A stretch of DNA of 64,000 bases from the NCBI GenBank assembly GCA_047602405.1, contig JASGHJ010000002.1, positions 1,760,001-1,824,000 on the forward strand, read 5' to 3'. Of this stretch, positions 1 to 11,871 are shown piece after piece. A model generated the notes under the pieces. That model did not search any database and was not told the origin of the DNA. It saw nothing but the letters and a program-made list of their open reading frames with translations. Position numbers and translations under genes: made by a program. Numbering within the stretch: the first letter of the stretch is position 1; the number at the start of each line of letters is the position of its first letter. The stretch is from Anaeromyxobacteraceae bacterium. GTDB lineage: Bacteria > Myxococcota > Myxococcia > Myxococcales > Anaeromyxobacteraceae.

Positions 1-165
1 CGCTTGCCGCTCGAGGTGCCGATCCCGGCCGGCGGCGACAGCCCGTACGAGGCCGCCGCGAAGATCCTCCTCGAGCGCCCCGGCGGCGGGGCGCGCGAGG
101 TCCCGGTGCGGCTGCGCGCGAACGTCGAGACCACCGTGGTCGCCGCCGGGGAGGCCGCACCGTGA
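1..165 (+). CDS. 3' end of a CDS running in from the left edge (function unknown)
   Basis: Frame 1 is open with GC3-rich codons (RLPLEVPIPAGG...AAP*). Its TGA at 163-165 overlaps the next GTG (GTGA coupling). Confidence 0.6.
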   Translation, partial: RLPLEVPIPAGGDSPYEAAAKILLERPGGGAREVPVRLRANVETTVVAAGEAAP

Positions 166-1017
166 TCGCCCACGTCGCCCTGGTCCTCGCCCTCGCGCTC
201 GGCGCGCCCGCCGAGCTGAAGCGCGCGCGCGACCGCCTCGAGTTCGGCGCCTGGGCGGACGCCGCGGGCGCCATCCGGCAGCTCGTCGCCCGGGTCCCCC
301 AGCTCTCCGATCCGGACGCGATCGAGGCCTACCGGATCCTCGGCATCGCCGAGTTCAACCTCGGCGACCAGGGCCAGGCCCGCACCGCCTTCGTGAACCT
401 GCTCGCCCGGGACCCCGACTACGCCCTCGACGCGTTCCTCGTGCCGCCCGCCATCGTCGAGTTCTTCGATTCGGGTGAAGCGCGAGAGCGAACCCTCGCT
501 CGGGCCCATCCGGGAGCGAAAGCGCGCCGTCCGCGAGCAGGAGCGGCTCGCCGAGGAGGCGCGCCGCAAGCTCCTCGCCGACGAGCAGCTCCGGGCCGGG
601 CCGCCCACGAAGATCATCCGCGTGCAGGAGCGGCTCTACCTCTTCAACTGGATGCCGCTCGGCGCCGGGCAGTTCCAGAACGGCCAGCGGGCGAAGGGCA
701 CCGCGCTCGCCGCCGGGCAGGTCGTCACCGGGCTCGTGAACCTCACCGCGATCCTGCTCCACAACCAGATCGCCGGCGACGCGAGCCGCGCCTGCGTCTC
801 CGGCCGGCCCGGGTGCTCGCAGCCGCCCTACTCCGACTCCGACCGGCGCCTGCTGAGGCAGATCGACTGGGTGAAGTACGGCTCGGCGGCCGCGTTCTGG
901 GGGCTCTACGGCTGGGGGGTCTGGGACGCGCACCGGAACTACCTGCCCGTGGTGGAGACGGGAGATCGCGCCCACGAAGGGCGGCGGCGCGGCGATCAGG
1001 CTGGAGTGGAGCTTCTA

Positions 1018-1018
<1 letters not shown>
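162..1018 (+). CDS. Exported TPR-containing protein with a C-terminal hydrophobic region (2 apparent indels, about 470 and 961)
   Basis: Signal-peptide-like start and TPR-like [22 protein letters not shown]. Continues in the 475 frame ([13 protein letters not shown]) and ends ...IRLEWSF* at TAG 1016-1018 after a second shift. Confidence 0.7.
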
Positions 1019-2837
<1,819 letters not shown>

Positions 2838-2841
<4 letters not shown>

Positions 2842-3458
2842 AGAGAGCCGCCCCGCTCGCGCTCCTGACCCTCGGCCTCGCGGCCTGCCCGCTGCCGCAG
2901 CCGCTCCCGGACTACAGCGTCGGCCAGACGGTCACGCCGCCGCGCATCGTCGTCGACGACACGGTCCACAAGGTCACGCCCTACGAGGCCGTGGTGGAGG
3001 TCCCCGCCGGCTGCACCGGGAAGAAGCCGACCTACGACCTGCAGGTGTACCTGCGCGACTCGAACACCACCGAGACCATCGTCGGGCGCTGGTTCGTGAA
3101 CTACACCGGGGTCGCGCTCAGCCCGAGCGTGGTCATCCAGCAGGCGGACGACATCCCGGCCCCGCCCACGAACGCGACCGAGCCGGACCTCCGCCAGTCG
3201 AACGTCTTCGTGTTCTCGCCCTACGACCGGGCGCCCTACGGCGCGACCGGCGCCGGGGACTCCCGCTCGGTGGGCGCGCTCAACGTGGTCGAGTACGTCG
3301 TCTCGAACGGCTTCGACACCAACAACGGCAACGCCGACGTCGACCGGCCGAACCGCCGTCCCGCCGAGGCGACGAAGACCACGCCCGCCTTCGAGGTGCA
3401 GGTCTACCGGTGGGTGTTCCTGACCGTGACGCCGAGCGCGACGACGGCCTGCCCCTGA
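2838..3458 (+). CDS. Putative lipoprotein
   Basis: GTGA coupling with the activator stop; lipobox [17 protein letters not shown]. Confidence 0.75.
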
Positions 3459-3462
3459 GCCC

Positions 3463-3993
3463 TCAGCGCCGCTCGGCGGACCGCAGGAGCGCCATGCGGG
3501 CCTCGCGGAGCGCGTCGGTCGCGTGCCGGGAGAGCTCGTAGCCCTCCTGCGCGAACCGGTTCACCTGGGCCCGGTACGCCCGGTGGACGGCCAGCACCGC
3601 GTCGCGCGCCTGGGCGAGCTCCTCCCGGCCGCCGAAGCCCTGCGGATCCGGGTCCGAGGCGTCGAGCCGGCAGCGGTCGGCGAGATCCTCGACGCGCTGC
3701 TCCCACTCCCTCGACCAGACGTCCCAGCGTCCCACCGCGTCGGCCTCGCCGATCTCGTCGGCCAGCCGCCAGGCCCGCTCGTTCTGCTCGCGGTGGAGCG
3801 CCTCGAGCTCGTTCACGCAGACCCGGAGGGCGGCGCGGGTGGGCAGCGCACCGACTGCGGCGGGCCGATGGGGCCCGCGCAGGTTCTTCACCACCGAAGC
3901 GATCGTGAGCCCGACCGAGACCGCGATGACGAGGAAGTACAGGACCCACAGGGCCATGCGGTACGGCCGGTAGCGGGGATCGCGGGGGGCCAC
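3463..3993 (-). CDS. Hypothetical membrane-anchored helical protein
   Basis: Single N-terminal TM segment (LWVLYFLVIAVSVGLTI) and typical codon bias. Confidence 0.75.
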   Translation of the reverse strand: MAPRDPRYRPYRMALWVLYFLVIAVSVGLTIASVVKNLRGPHRPAAVGALPTRAALRVCVNELEALHREQNERAWRLADEIGEADAVGRWDVWSREWEQRVEDLADRCRLDASDPDPQGFGGREELAQARDAVLAVHRAYRAQVNRFAQEGYELSRHATDALREARMALLRSAERR

Positions 3994-4049
3994 GGGGCGC
4001 TGACTTTAGCCCGAAACCGGCCGGAAGGCCGGTGGATCCGCCCTCGGCC

Positions 4050-4235
4050 TCAGCGCGCCTGCGAGGCCAGCACCTCGAGGAACGTGCAGCGCCGGCCGCT
4101 CGCGATCGCGAGGAGGCAGCGCGCGTAGAACCCCGGACCCCAGAGGCGGACGATCGTCACCGTATGGCGGAGCACGTCGCGGGTGGTGATCGTTCCCTGC
4201 ACGACCACCGGGAGTGCATATCCGGTGCCGCTCAC
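4050..4235 (-). CDS. Small hypothetical protein (61 aa)
   Basis: GC3-biased ORF with a protein-like composition (VVVQGTITTRDVLRH...TFLEVL). Confidence 0.55.
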   Translation of the reverse strand: MSGTGYALPVVVQGTITTRDVLRHTVTIVRLWGPGFYARCLLAIASGRRCTFLEVLASQAR

Positions 4236-4320
4236 GAACCGCCCGTCCCTTCGCAGGAGGACGCCGGGCCGACCCCCGCCACCCTGCAGAAAGGATAGCC
4301 TCCCGCCCCTTGGGCGGCCT

Positions 4321-4358
4321 GCGTTTCAGACCTGAAACGCGACCTTGCAGGCCTGAAA
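4321..4358. promoter_or_regulatory. Two tandem dyad operator/UAS sites, TTTCAG-N2-CTGAAA
   Basis: Perfect palindrome gcgTTTCAGacCTGAAAcgc at 4321-4340, and TTGCAGgcCTGAAA at 4345-4358, offset by 21 bp. Confidence 0.6.
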
Positions 4359-4433
4359 GCCGGGCCTCCCACCTCGGCACCACCTTCCTTCCAACCCCCT
4401 GTCGGGACGGGCACTTCCGGAACCCAGGGTCCA

Positions 4434-4449
4434 GGGCACGACCGTTGCG
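4434..4449 (+). promoter_or_regulatory. Sigma54 (-24/-12) promoter
   Basis: gGGCACGaccgTTGCg has GG-N10-GC spacing and matches TGGCACG-N4-TTGC except at the first base. Confidence 0.7.
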
Positions 4450-4459
4450 ATGCAGCGCG

Positions 4460-4594
4460 GCAGGAGGCGCGACCGGCGCCGGCGCACCCCCCCGCGCCGC
4501 GCACCGGTCCCGCGCCTCCGGCAGTGGGAGGGGCTCTCGGCGTCGCACGCATCCCAGCCACGCTCACCGAGGCGGCGTCGAGAGTCTCCCTTTT
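4460..4594 (+). ncRNA. Candidate sigma54-dependent small RNA (two hairpins, intrinsic terminator)
   Basis: Starts about 12 nt after the -12 GC. Hairpin 1 (4463-4519) has loop ACCCCCCC. Hairpin 2 (4526-4590) contains G-U pairs and is followed by TTTT. Confidence 0.6.
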
Positions 4595-4648
4595 CGTGTC
4601 CCGCGGGCCCGCTCCCCCGGCCACCCACCTGACGTTCCTCGTCAGCCG

Positions 4649-6491
4649 TCAGCGGCGCCCGACCCGGCGCTCGAGGTCGGCGAGCGGCAGCTCGAACACG
4701 ACCGGGCGCCCGTGCGGGCAGCGGGCCTTGAAGTCGATCCCGTCGAGCGCGTCGAGCAGCGCGCGCGCCTCCTCCGGGGAGACGTCCTGGTTCGCCCGGA
4801 CCGCCGCGTGGCAGGCCATCGTGGCGAGGAGGTCGTGGAAGGCATCGTCGACGGCCGAGCCCCGGTCGAGGTGCTCGAGCTGGCCGGCGAGATCGACGAG
4901 GAGCCGCTCGAGGTCGACGCCGCCCAGCGCGGCGGGGGCGCCCTTGACCGCGAAGCTCTCGCCGCCGAACGGCTCGACCTCGAGGCCGATCCGGGCGAGG
5001 TCCGGCAGGGCCGCCTCGAGCGCCCGGGCCGTGGCGGGCGGCACGGTCACCACCCGCGGGATGAGGAGCGGTTGCACCGGGAGCGCCCGCGCCGCCCACG
5101 CCACGCGCAGGCGCTGGAAGAGCAGGCGCTCGTGGCTCGCGTGCTGATCGATGACCACGAGCGAGCCGCCCGGTGCCTCGCACACGAGGTAGGTGCGGGC
5201 GTGCTGCCCCACGTACCGCAGCGAGGCGAAGTAGCCCTCCGGGCGCGACCCGCCGTCGTCCGAGGCGACCGGGAAGGCGAAGCGCGTGTTGTCGCCGGGC
5301 GCGTCCCCGTGGCGCGCGCGGGCCCAGGCGAGGACGCCGGCGACCTCCTCGCCGGAGGCGGCCCCGGTGCCGGTGACCGGCTCCGCCGCGAGCGGCAGGC
5401 CCGCGGGACCGCCCACCGGCCCTCCCGCGACGGCGTCCGCGGGCGCCGAGGGGTACCCCGACGAGGCCGCCCCGCCGGGCGCGCCCACCCGGCCGAGCCA
5501 CGGCGCGGTGCGGAGCACGCCGGCCACCGCGTGGAAGAGCGCGTCCTGGACCTCGCGCGCCTCGGCGAACCGCACCTCGAGCTTCTGCGGGTGCACGTTC
5601 ACGTCGACCCGGTCGAGCGGCAGCTCCACGAAGAGCACGCCCGCGGGGTGGCGCCCCGGCGGCAGCGTGCCCGCGAACGCGCGCAGCACGGCGTGGGCCG
5701 CGTTGCGGTCCCGCACGTAGCGGCCGTTCACGAACAGGTAGAGCGAACGGGAGGTCGCCTCGGAGTGGTCCGGGCCGCAGATGGCGCCGTGGACCCGGAC
5801 GTGGCCCCGCCGGTGGTCGACCGCGTGGAGGTGGCGAGCGGCCTCGCGGCCGAGCGCGAGCGCCACCCGGTCGGTGATCGGCTCTCCGGCGCGCGCGGAG
5901 ACGACGGAGCGGCCCCCGGAGCGGAGCGTGAAGCCCACGTCGGCGCGCGCGAGCGCGAGGCGCACGATGGCCTCGGTGACGTGCCCGGCCTCGGTGGGAC
6001 CGGCCCGCATGAACTTCCGGCGGGCGGGCGTGTTGAAGAACAGATCCCGCACCTCGATGGTGGTGCCGCGCGGCCGCCCGGTGCCCTCGGTCGCGACGAG
6101 CTCCCCGCCCTCGACCTCGAGGCGGGTCCCGGCCCCGTCCTCGGCGGGCGCCGTGTCGAGGCGGAAGCGCGAGACCGACGCGATGGCCGGGATGGCCTCC
6201 CCGCGGAAGCCCATCGTCGCGATCGCCGCGAGCCCCTCGGCGTCGGCGAGCTTCGAGGTCGCGTGCCGCTCGAGCGCCAGGCGCGCGTCGTCGGCGTCCA
6301 TGCCGCAGCCGTCGTCGGCCACCCGCACGAGGGCGAGCCCGCCCTCCTCGACGTCCACGGCGATCTGCCTCGCCCCGGCGTCGAGCGCGTTCTCGACGAG
6401 CTCCTTCACGACCGACGCGGGGCGCTCGACCACCTCGCCCGCGGCGATTCTGGTTCACGAGCCCCGGGGGCAGGAGACGGACGCGGGCCAT
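4649..6491 (-). CDS. mutL: DNA mismatch repair protein MutL (endonuclease type; apparent +1 indel at about 6447)
   Basis: [59 protein letters not shown] and CPHGRP. Confidence 0.95.
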
Positions 6492-6598
6492 GGGAGGAGC
6501 GTCCTACCATGCCGGTACGACTGCGCTCTTCGGCCGCGAGGGGGTGGCCAACGTGAACGTTTGACCCCGGGGCGGTGCCGCGTCTATGACGGGCACCG

Positions 6599-7760
6599 AT
6601 GCCAAAGGGAAAGCGCGACGCCCGGCGGGCCCGTCCCGCCCGGAAGAAGCCGGCCGCGAAGGCCGGGCGCGCGCTCCTCGGCAACGACCCGTTCCAGCGG
6701 GGCGCCGCGCCACGAGACCCGCTCGTCGGCGCGCGCCCCGAGCCGGAGCCCACGCCGCCTCCCCCCCGCCAGGCCGGGGCGGCCGCTCCGCCTGCGGCCG
6801 GCCTCGCCGACGTGGAGCGCAAGGTCGCCCACGCCCTCGACGGCATGGAGAAGCGCCTCGAGGATCTCGCCGGGCGCGCCGGATTGCCGGAGGCCGGGCG
6901 GGACCTGCGCGAGGCCGCCGACCGGCTCCTGCCGCGCATCGGCGACGCCCTCGCGAGCCTCGTCGATCTCGCCCGGCTGCTCGAGCCGCCGGCCCGGCTC
7001 GACCGCCACGGGATGGACCCCGACTTCGCCCAGCGGGCGGAGCCGCTCCTCGAGCTCCTCTACCGGGTCTTCTGGCGGACCGCGGTCCGCGGGGCGGAGC
7101 GGATCCCCTCGACCGGGCCGGTCATCGTGGTCGCGAACCACGGCGGCGCCGTGGCCTGGGACGCGCTCGTGCTCCGCCGGGCGCTCTTCCTGGATCACCC
7201 CGCCCGCCGCGACCTCCGGCCGCTGCTCGACGACCGCGAGGCCGACGCGGCGCCGTTCGGGCCGCTCGCGATCCGGCTCGGCGCCGTGCGGGCCGCGCCC
7301 GAGCCCGCCGAGCGCATCCTGAAGGCCGGCGGCGTGCTGGGGGTCTTCCCCGAGGGCAGCGCCGTCCAGCGCCGCCCCTGGCGCGACCGCTACCGGATTC
7401 CAGCACTTCGGCCGCGGCGGCTTCGCGAAGCTCGCGCTCCGCACCGGCGCCACGATCGTGCCGTGCGCGATCGTGGGCAGCGAGGAGGCCTCGCCGCCCA
7501 TGGCGCGGTCGGGCTGGCTGGCCGAGAAGCTCGGCGTGCCGGTCCTCTCGCTGACGCCCGCCCTGCCCATCGGGCCCGCGGGGCTCGTGCCCCTGCCCTC
7601 GCGCTGGACGCTGGACTTCGGCGAGCCGGTCGCCGTGGCGGGCGGCCCGGAGGCGGCCGAGGACGCGGGGCGCGTCGCGGCGATCACCGACGCGGTGCGG
7701 ACGACCCTGCAGGCGATGCTCGACGAGGCCGTGAAGGCCCGCGGCAGCGTCTTCCTCTGA
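6599..7760 (+). CDS. PlsC-family (lysophospholipid) acyltransferase (apparent indel at about 7398)
   Basis: VVANHGGAVAWD (HX4D-like) and VFPEG. The C-terminus IVPCAIVGSEEA...LPSRWTLDFGEP is in the next frame. Confidence 0.85.
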
Positions 7761-7797
7761 GCCGCGGCCGCGGGCAGCACGCCCACGCCCGCGCCGC

Positions 7798-9180
7798 TCA
7801 GCGCAGCACGAACGCCGGGTCGGTCTTCGCCGCCGCGACGAGCTCGTCGCGGTAGGCCTCGTAGCCGGGGCGCCCGAGGAGGCCCTGCGCGTACTTCTTG
7901 CCGGCCTCCACGCCGGGCTGGTCGAAGGCGTTCACGCCGTAGAGCCCGCCCGCGTAGGCGGTCGCGAGCTCGAGGAGCATGAGGAGCTCGCCGAGGGCGC
8001 GCGCGTCGAGGCGCGGCACCGAGATCCCGATGGTGGGCCGGCCGGCCTTGCGGATCGCGGCGTCGGTCGCGCGGCGCTCGGCCTCGATGAGCTCGCCCAT
8101 CGTGTGGCCGCCGAGGTACGCGACCTCGGCGTGCTTCGCGTAGACCTCCGGCACCGAGAGGGCGAGGTCCGCGCGCGGCTTCTCGACCTGCACGATCATC
8201 ATCACCTTGTCGTGCGGCCCCTCCATCATGAGCTGCATCGACGAGTGCTGGTCGGTCGCGCCCACGGCCCGGAACGGCGTCGGGCCGACCTTCGGGTTCT
8301 TGCCGAGCGACTCCGCCCAGAGCTGCACGAACCAGTCGCCGAGCTCGCGCAGGCCGTCGGCGTACGGCATGAGCACGTGCACGTGGCGGCCGCGCTTCAC
8401 GTCGAGCAGGTGCAGCGCGGTGGCGAGCAGGAGCGCCGGATTCGCGGTGAGCTCGCCGGTGCGGCAGCGGGCCTCCATCGCGGCGGCGCCGTCGAGGAGC
8501 GACTGCACGTCCACGCCCGCCGCGGCGGCCGGCAGGAGGCCGACCGAGGTGAGCGCCGAGAACCGGCCGCCCACGCTCGGCGGCACCGGGAGCGCGCGGA
8601 GCGCCTCGTCCTTCGCGATCTGGCGCAGGATGCCCTTCGCCGGGTCGGTGACGAGCACGCAGCGATCTCGGTAGCCCGCCTCGCCGAACCTCGCGAGGCA
8701 GCGCTCGCGCAGCACGAGGTGCTGGCTCATGGTCTCGGCGGTGCCGCCGGACTTCGTGACGACGGCCCAGGCGGTGTCGGCGAGGTCGACCGTGCCGAGC
8801 AGCGCCTCGAAGGTCGCCGGGTCGGAGTTGTCGGGGAAGAAGACCCGCATGCCGCCCCGCCGCTCGCGCGGGAGGAGGTCGTGGAACGGGTGGCAGAGCG
8901 CCTTCAGGATCGCCTTCCCGCCGAGCGAGCTGCCCCCGATCCCGAGGAGCAGCAGGTTCTCGTACCTCGCGGAGAGCTCGCCCGCGAGCGCCAGCGAGGC
9001 CTGCGCGGCGGCGCGGTCGGCCGGCAGATCGGCGAAGCCCACCTCGCCGGACCTGCGGCGCGCCTCGAAGGCCTCGAAGGCGGCGGTCGCCAGCGGGGCG
9101 GCGGCGGCCAGCTCGGCGCGGCCGAGGCCACCGGCGGCGGGGTCCAGGCTGCCGTTGAGGTCGAGGGCGAGGCGATCCAT
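7798..9180 (-). CDS. pgi: Glucose-6-phosphate isomerase
   Basis: GIGGSSLG, TKSGGTAET, GGRFS, QLWAESLGK and FDQPGVEAGK. Confidence 0.95.
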   Translation of the reverse strand: MDRLALDLNGSLDPAAGGLGRAELAAAAPLATAAFEAFEARRRSGEVGFADLPADRAAAQASLALAGELSARYENLLLLGIGGSSLGGKAILKALCHPFHDLLPRERRGGMRVFFPDNSDPATFEALLGTVDLADTAWAVVTKSGGTAETMSQHLVLRERCLARFGEAGYRDRCVLVTDPAKGILRQIAKDEALRALPVPPSVGGRFSALTSVGLLPAAAAGVDVQSLLDGAAAMEARCRTGELTANPALLLATALHLLDVKRGRHVHVLMPYADGLRELGDWFVQLWAESLGKNPKVGPTPFRAVGATDQHSSMQLMMEGPHDKVMMIVQVEKPRADLALSVPEVYAKHAEVAYLGGHTMGELIEAERRATDAAIRKAGRPTIGISVPRLDARALGELLMLLELATAYAGGLYGVNAFDQPGVEAGKKYAQGLLGRPGYEAYRDELVAAAKTDPAFVLR

Positions 9181-9277
9181 GCGAGCTCCCGTGAGGCCTG
9201 CCGGAGCGGTGCCCCGGCCTGGTTGAGGGCCCGCACTCTACTGCAAGGCAGGCCCCGGAGCCGCGAGAACAGCCGGG

Positions 9278-10144
9278 TCACCCCGCGGCATCGGCCGCGG
9301 GCTGCACCTCGGGTGCGCGGCCCCCGTCGAGGTGCGCGAACTTCACCTTGAGGGGCGGCGTCCGGAGATCCCACACGAGCCCGAGCGCGGCGAGCCCGCG
9401 CAGGACGTAGTACGACGGGTCCCACTCCCACCAGAAGAACCCCTGGTTCGCGGTGCCCGGGTAGAAGTGGTGGTTGTTGTGCCAGCCCTCGCCCATGGTC
9501 ACGAGGGCGAGCACGAAGCTGTTCCGCGAGCCGTCGCTCGTCTCGTAGCGCCGCGACCCGATGACGTGCGCGAGCGAGTTGATGACGAAGGTCCCGTGCC
9601 AGAGGGCGGTCGTCGAGAGGAAGAAGCCCCACAGGACCCACGCCCAGCCGCCCGCGAGGAACAGGCCCACCGCGAGCGTCGCGGGCGGCACCCACCAGTT
9701 CCGCTCGATCCACAGGAGCTCGGGGTACTTCGTGAGGTCCTTCACCCGGTCGTGGTTCGTGCCCTCGTAGCCCCGGTCGACGATCCAGCCGACGTGCGAC
9801 CACAGGAACCCGCCCACGAGCGGCGAGTGGATGTCGTCCTCGGTGTCCGAGTAGCGGTGGTGGTCCCGGTGGTGCGCCGCCCACCAGAGCGCGCCCTTCT
9901 GCGAGGCGGTGGCACCCAGCCAGGCGAGCGCGAACTGGAACGCCCGCGAGGTCCGGTAGGCCCGGTGCGCGAAGTAGCGATGGTAGCCGGCGGTGATGCC
10001 GAACATCCGCACGTAGTAGGCGCCGACCGCGAGGGCCACGAGGCCCCAGGTCGGCGCGACCAGGAACGGCGTCGCGAACCCGACGAGGTGGACCGCGATG
10101 AACGGGATGATGCCGGGCCAGTTGATCCCCTGCGCTCTCTTCAT
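9278..10144 (-). CDS. Acyl-CoA (delta-9) fatty acid desaturase
   Basis: His boxes GYHRYFAH, HHRDHH and GEGWHNNHH. Confidence 0.93.
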   Translation of the reverse strand: MKRAQGINWPGIIPFIAVHLVGFATPFLVAPTWGLVALAVGAYYVRMFGITAGYHRYFAHRAYRTSRAFQFALAWLGATASQKGALWWAAHHRDHHRYSDTEDDIHSPLVGGFLWSHVGWIVDRGYEGTNHDRVKDLTKYPELLWIERNWWVPPATLAVGLFLAGGWAWVLWGFFLSTTALWHGTFVINSLAHVIGSRRYETSDGSRNSFVLALVTMGEGWHNNHHFYPGTANQGFFWWEWDPSYYVLRGLAALGLVWDLRTPPLKVKFAHLDGGRAPEVQPAADAAG

Positions 10145-10324
10145 GGTCGGGCAGGTTGGTTGATCGAGGTCATGGGCGTGTCACGAGCGGATCGGCCCTC
10201 GCCCCCGGTCCGCGAAACGCTGCCGCTCCGCGGACCTGCGCGCGCGACGCGCGGTTCGGGGTGCGTCCCGGCACCACCGGGTGCACCCTTCGAGGAGGCA
10301 CCGAGGTCGGCCGGGAGGTCCTAG

Positions 10325-10729
10325 ATGCAGGTCGAGACGGCGGCGGCGACGGGCGAAGGGGACGCGAGGAGGCAGGCGCTCATCCGGCTGATGGCGGAGA
10401 CCCTCCCGCTCGCCGGCTACGCGGGGGTCCAGGCGGATCTACCGGGCTGGGAGGCGCCGGAGCTGGTCCGGGGGGCGGTGAAGGACCACCGGCCGAGCCT
10501 CTTCTGCGAGGCTCCCAAGCCGGTCTTCCTGGACGTGCTCGCCGCGGGCGCGCTCGCCATCGAGGAGATCGCGAGCCGCTGGCAGCTCTTCGCGTCGGCG
10601 GCCGAGCTCACCGAGGGCGAGTTCCACGTGGTCATCCCCCGCTGGATCGCCGGGCGCGACGGCCGCGCCGTGGCGCGCCAGATCGCCAATCTCGTCGGGG
10701 TGCGCCTGCATTACGTCTGGGCGGTCTGA
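10325..10729 (+). CDS. Hypothetical protein
   Basis: GGAGG RBS upstream, GC3-biased, globular alpha/beta pattern. Confidence 0.75.
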   Translation: MQVETAAATGEGDARRQALIRLMAETLPLAGYAGVQADLPGWEAPELVRGAVKDHRPSLFCEAPKPVFLDVLAAGALAIEEIASRWQLFASAAELTEGEFHVVIPRWIAGRDGRAVARQIANLVGVRLHYVWAV

Positions 10730-10926
10730 GTCCGTCCAATCCCGAGCGTAGCGGCGCCCGCAGGCGCCGCGGAGTCGAGGGACTGGGCGGTCTGACTCCG
10801 TCCAATCCCGAGCGTAGCGGCGCCGCAGGCGCCGCGGAGTCGAGGGACCAATCCCGAGCGTAGCGTCCTTCGACTTCGGTCCGCGGGACGCTGCGCGTCC
10901 GCGGACCTACGCTCAGGATGAGCGGA
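10718..10926. repeat. Cluster of REP-like palindromic elements: two tandem units of about 65 bp, a partial third and an inverted copy
   Basis: 10718-10783 and 10784-10848 are nearly identical. A partial unit lies at 10849-10864. The opposite-orientation copy TCCTTCGACT-hairpin-CTACGCTCAGGATGAGCGG is at about 10865-10926. Confidence 0.85.
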
Positions 10927-10941
10927 CCGGTCGAGCTGGCG

Positions 10942-11829
10942 TCACCCGCCCCGGCGGCCGCCGCGCCGGCCGCCCTCGCCCTCGTCCTCCTCGGGCGGCT
11001 TCGCCGGCTTGCCGTCCTTGTCCTCGGCGGGCAGCGGCGGGAGCGGCCCCGCCTTCGTCATCGACGTGAGGTAGGCCTGCAGCGGCGCCACGAAGTCCTG
11101 CTCGAGATCGCCCGGCAGGCGCCCCGGGTGCTTCGCGAGCTTCGCCGATAGCGCCGTGCCGTCGTGCGCCTCCGCCCAGGCGGTCAGCTCCGGTCCGCGC
11201 GTCCCGCCCGCCCCGCGCATCGCGTGGCAGCTGACGCACCGCTCCACGAAGAGGCCGCCGCCGCGGCGCGCCTCCGCAGGCTGCCCGCCGGGGAGCGAGA
11301 GCGCGCGTCCGTAGACGCGTGGCCAGCGCACGACCTCGATCGCGACCGGCTTCTCCGCCCACCAGGCGCGGTGGCGCGGGTCGCGAAGCAGGCCGGGCTG
11401 CTCGCCGTTGGGCCACGCGAGGCGCGGCTCGTCGAGCGCGGCGCCGTCGGCGCGCGTCGCGAGGGCGGGCCGGTACTGGACGAACTTGCCGAGGTTGATC
11501 GGCACGGCCTCGCCGGCGGCGGTCCGCACGACCACCGTGTCCACGCCGGGCCGCACCTCGGCCACGTTCTTCACGATGACCGAGAGGTCGGCGCCCTCCC
11601 ACTCGGCGGCGCGGCCGGTGACGGGATCGGTCCCCTTCACCGCGACCTTCGGCAGCGCGGCGACGTCGTCCGCGCCGAGGGCCCGCGGGCTGCCCTTGAA
11701 GTCTCCGCGGACCTCCAGCACGACCTTGCCCCGGGGCTGCGCCGGGAGCTTCAGCGCGGCGCCGCCGCAGGCCGCGAGCAGGAGGAGGGCCGCCGCCACC
11801 GGGGTGCGCCAGGCTTTTCTCGCCGTCAT
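10942..11829 (-). CDS. Lipoprotein with a C-terminal monoheme cytochrome c domain
   Basis: Lipobox LLLLAA-C and CVSCH followed by GPEL. The N-terminal domain resembles a molybdopterin-oxidoreductase fold. Confidence 0.75.
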   Translation of the reverse strand: MTARKAWRTPVAAALLLLAACGGAALKLPAQPRGKVVLEVRGDFKGSPRALGADDVAALPKVAVKGTDPVTGRAAEWEGADLSVIVKNVAEVRPGVDTVVVRTAAGEAVPINLGKFVQYRPALATRADGAALDEPRLAWPNGEQPGLLRDPRHRAWWAEKPVAIEVVRWPRVYGRALSLPGGQPAEARRGGGLFVERCVSCHAMRGAGGTRGPELTAWAEAHDGTALSAKLAKHPGRLPGDLEQDFVAPLQAYLTSMTKAGPLPPLPAEDKDGKPAKPPEEDEGEGGRRGGRRGG

Positions 11830-11871
11830 GGGTACGATATCTTGCTGCTCCTCCACCCTGGAATCCACACA

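Noticed and set aside
10268..10286. Second sigma54 promoter (GGCACCACCGGGTGC)
   Set aside because: The GG-to-GC spacing is 11 rather than the required 10.
10718..10864. Tandem repeats as a CRISPR array
   Set aside because: The units are nearly identical along their whole length with no unique spacers, there are no cas genes, and they match the dispersed palindromic family.
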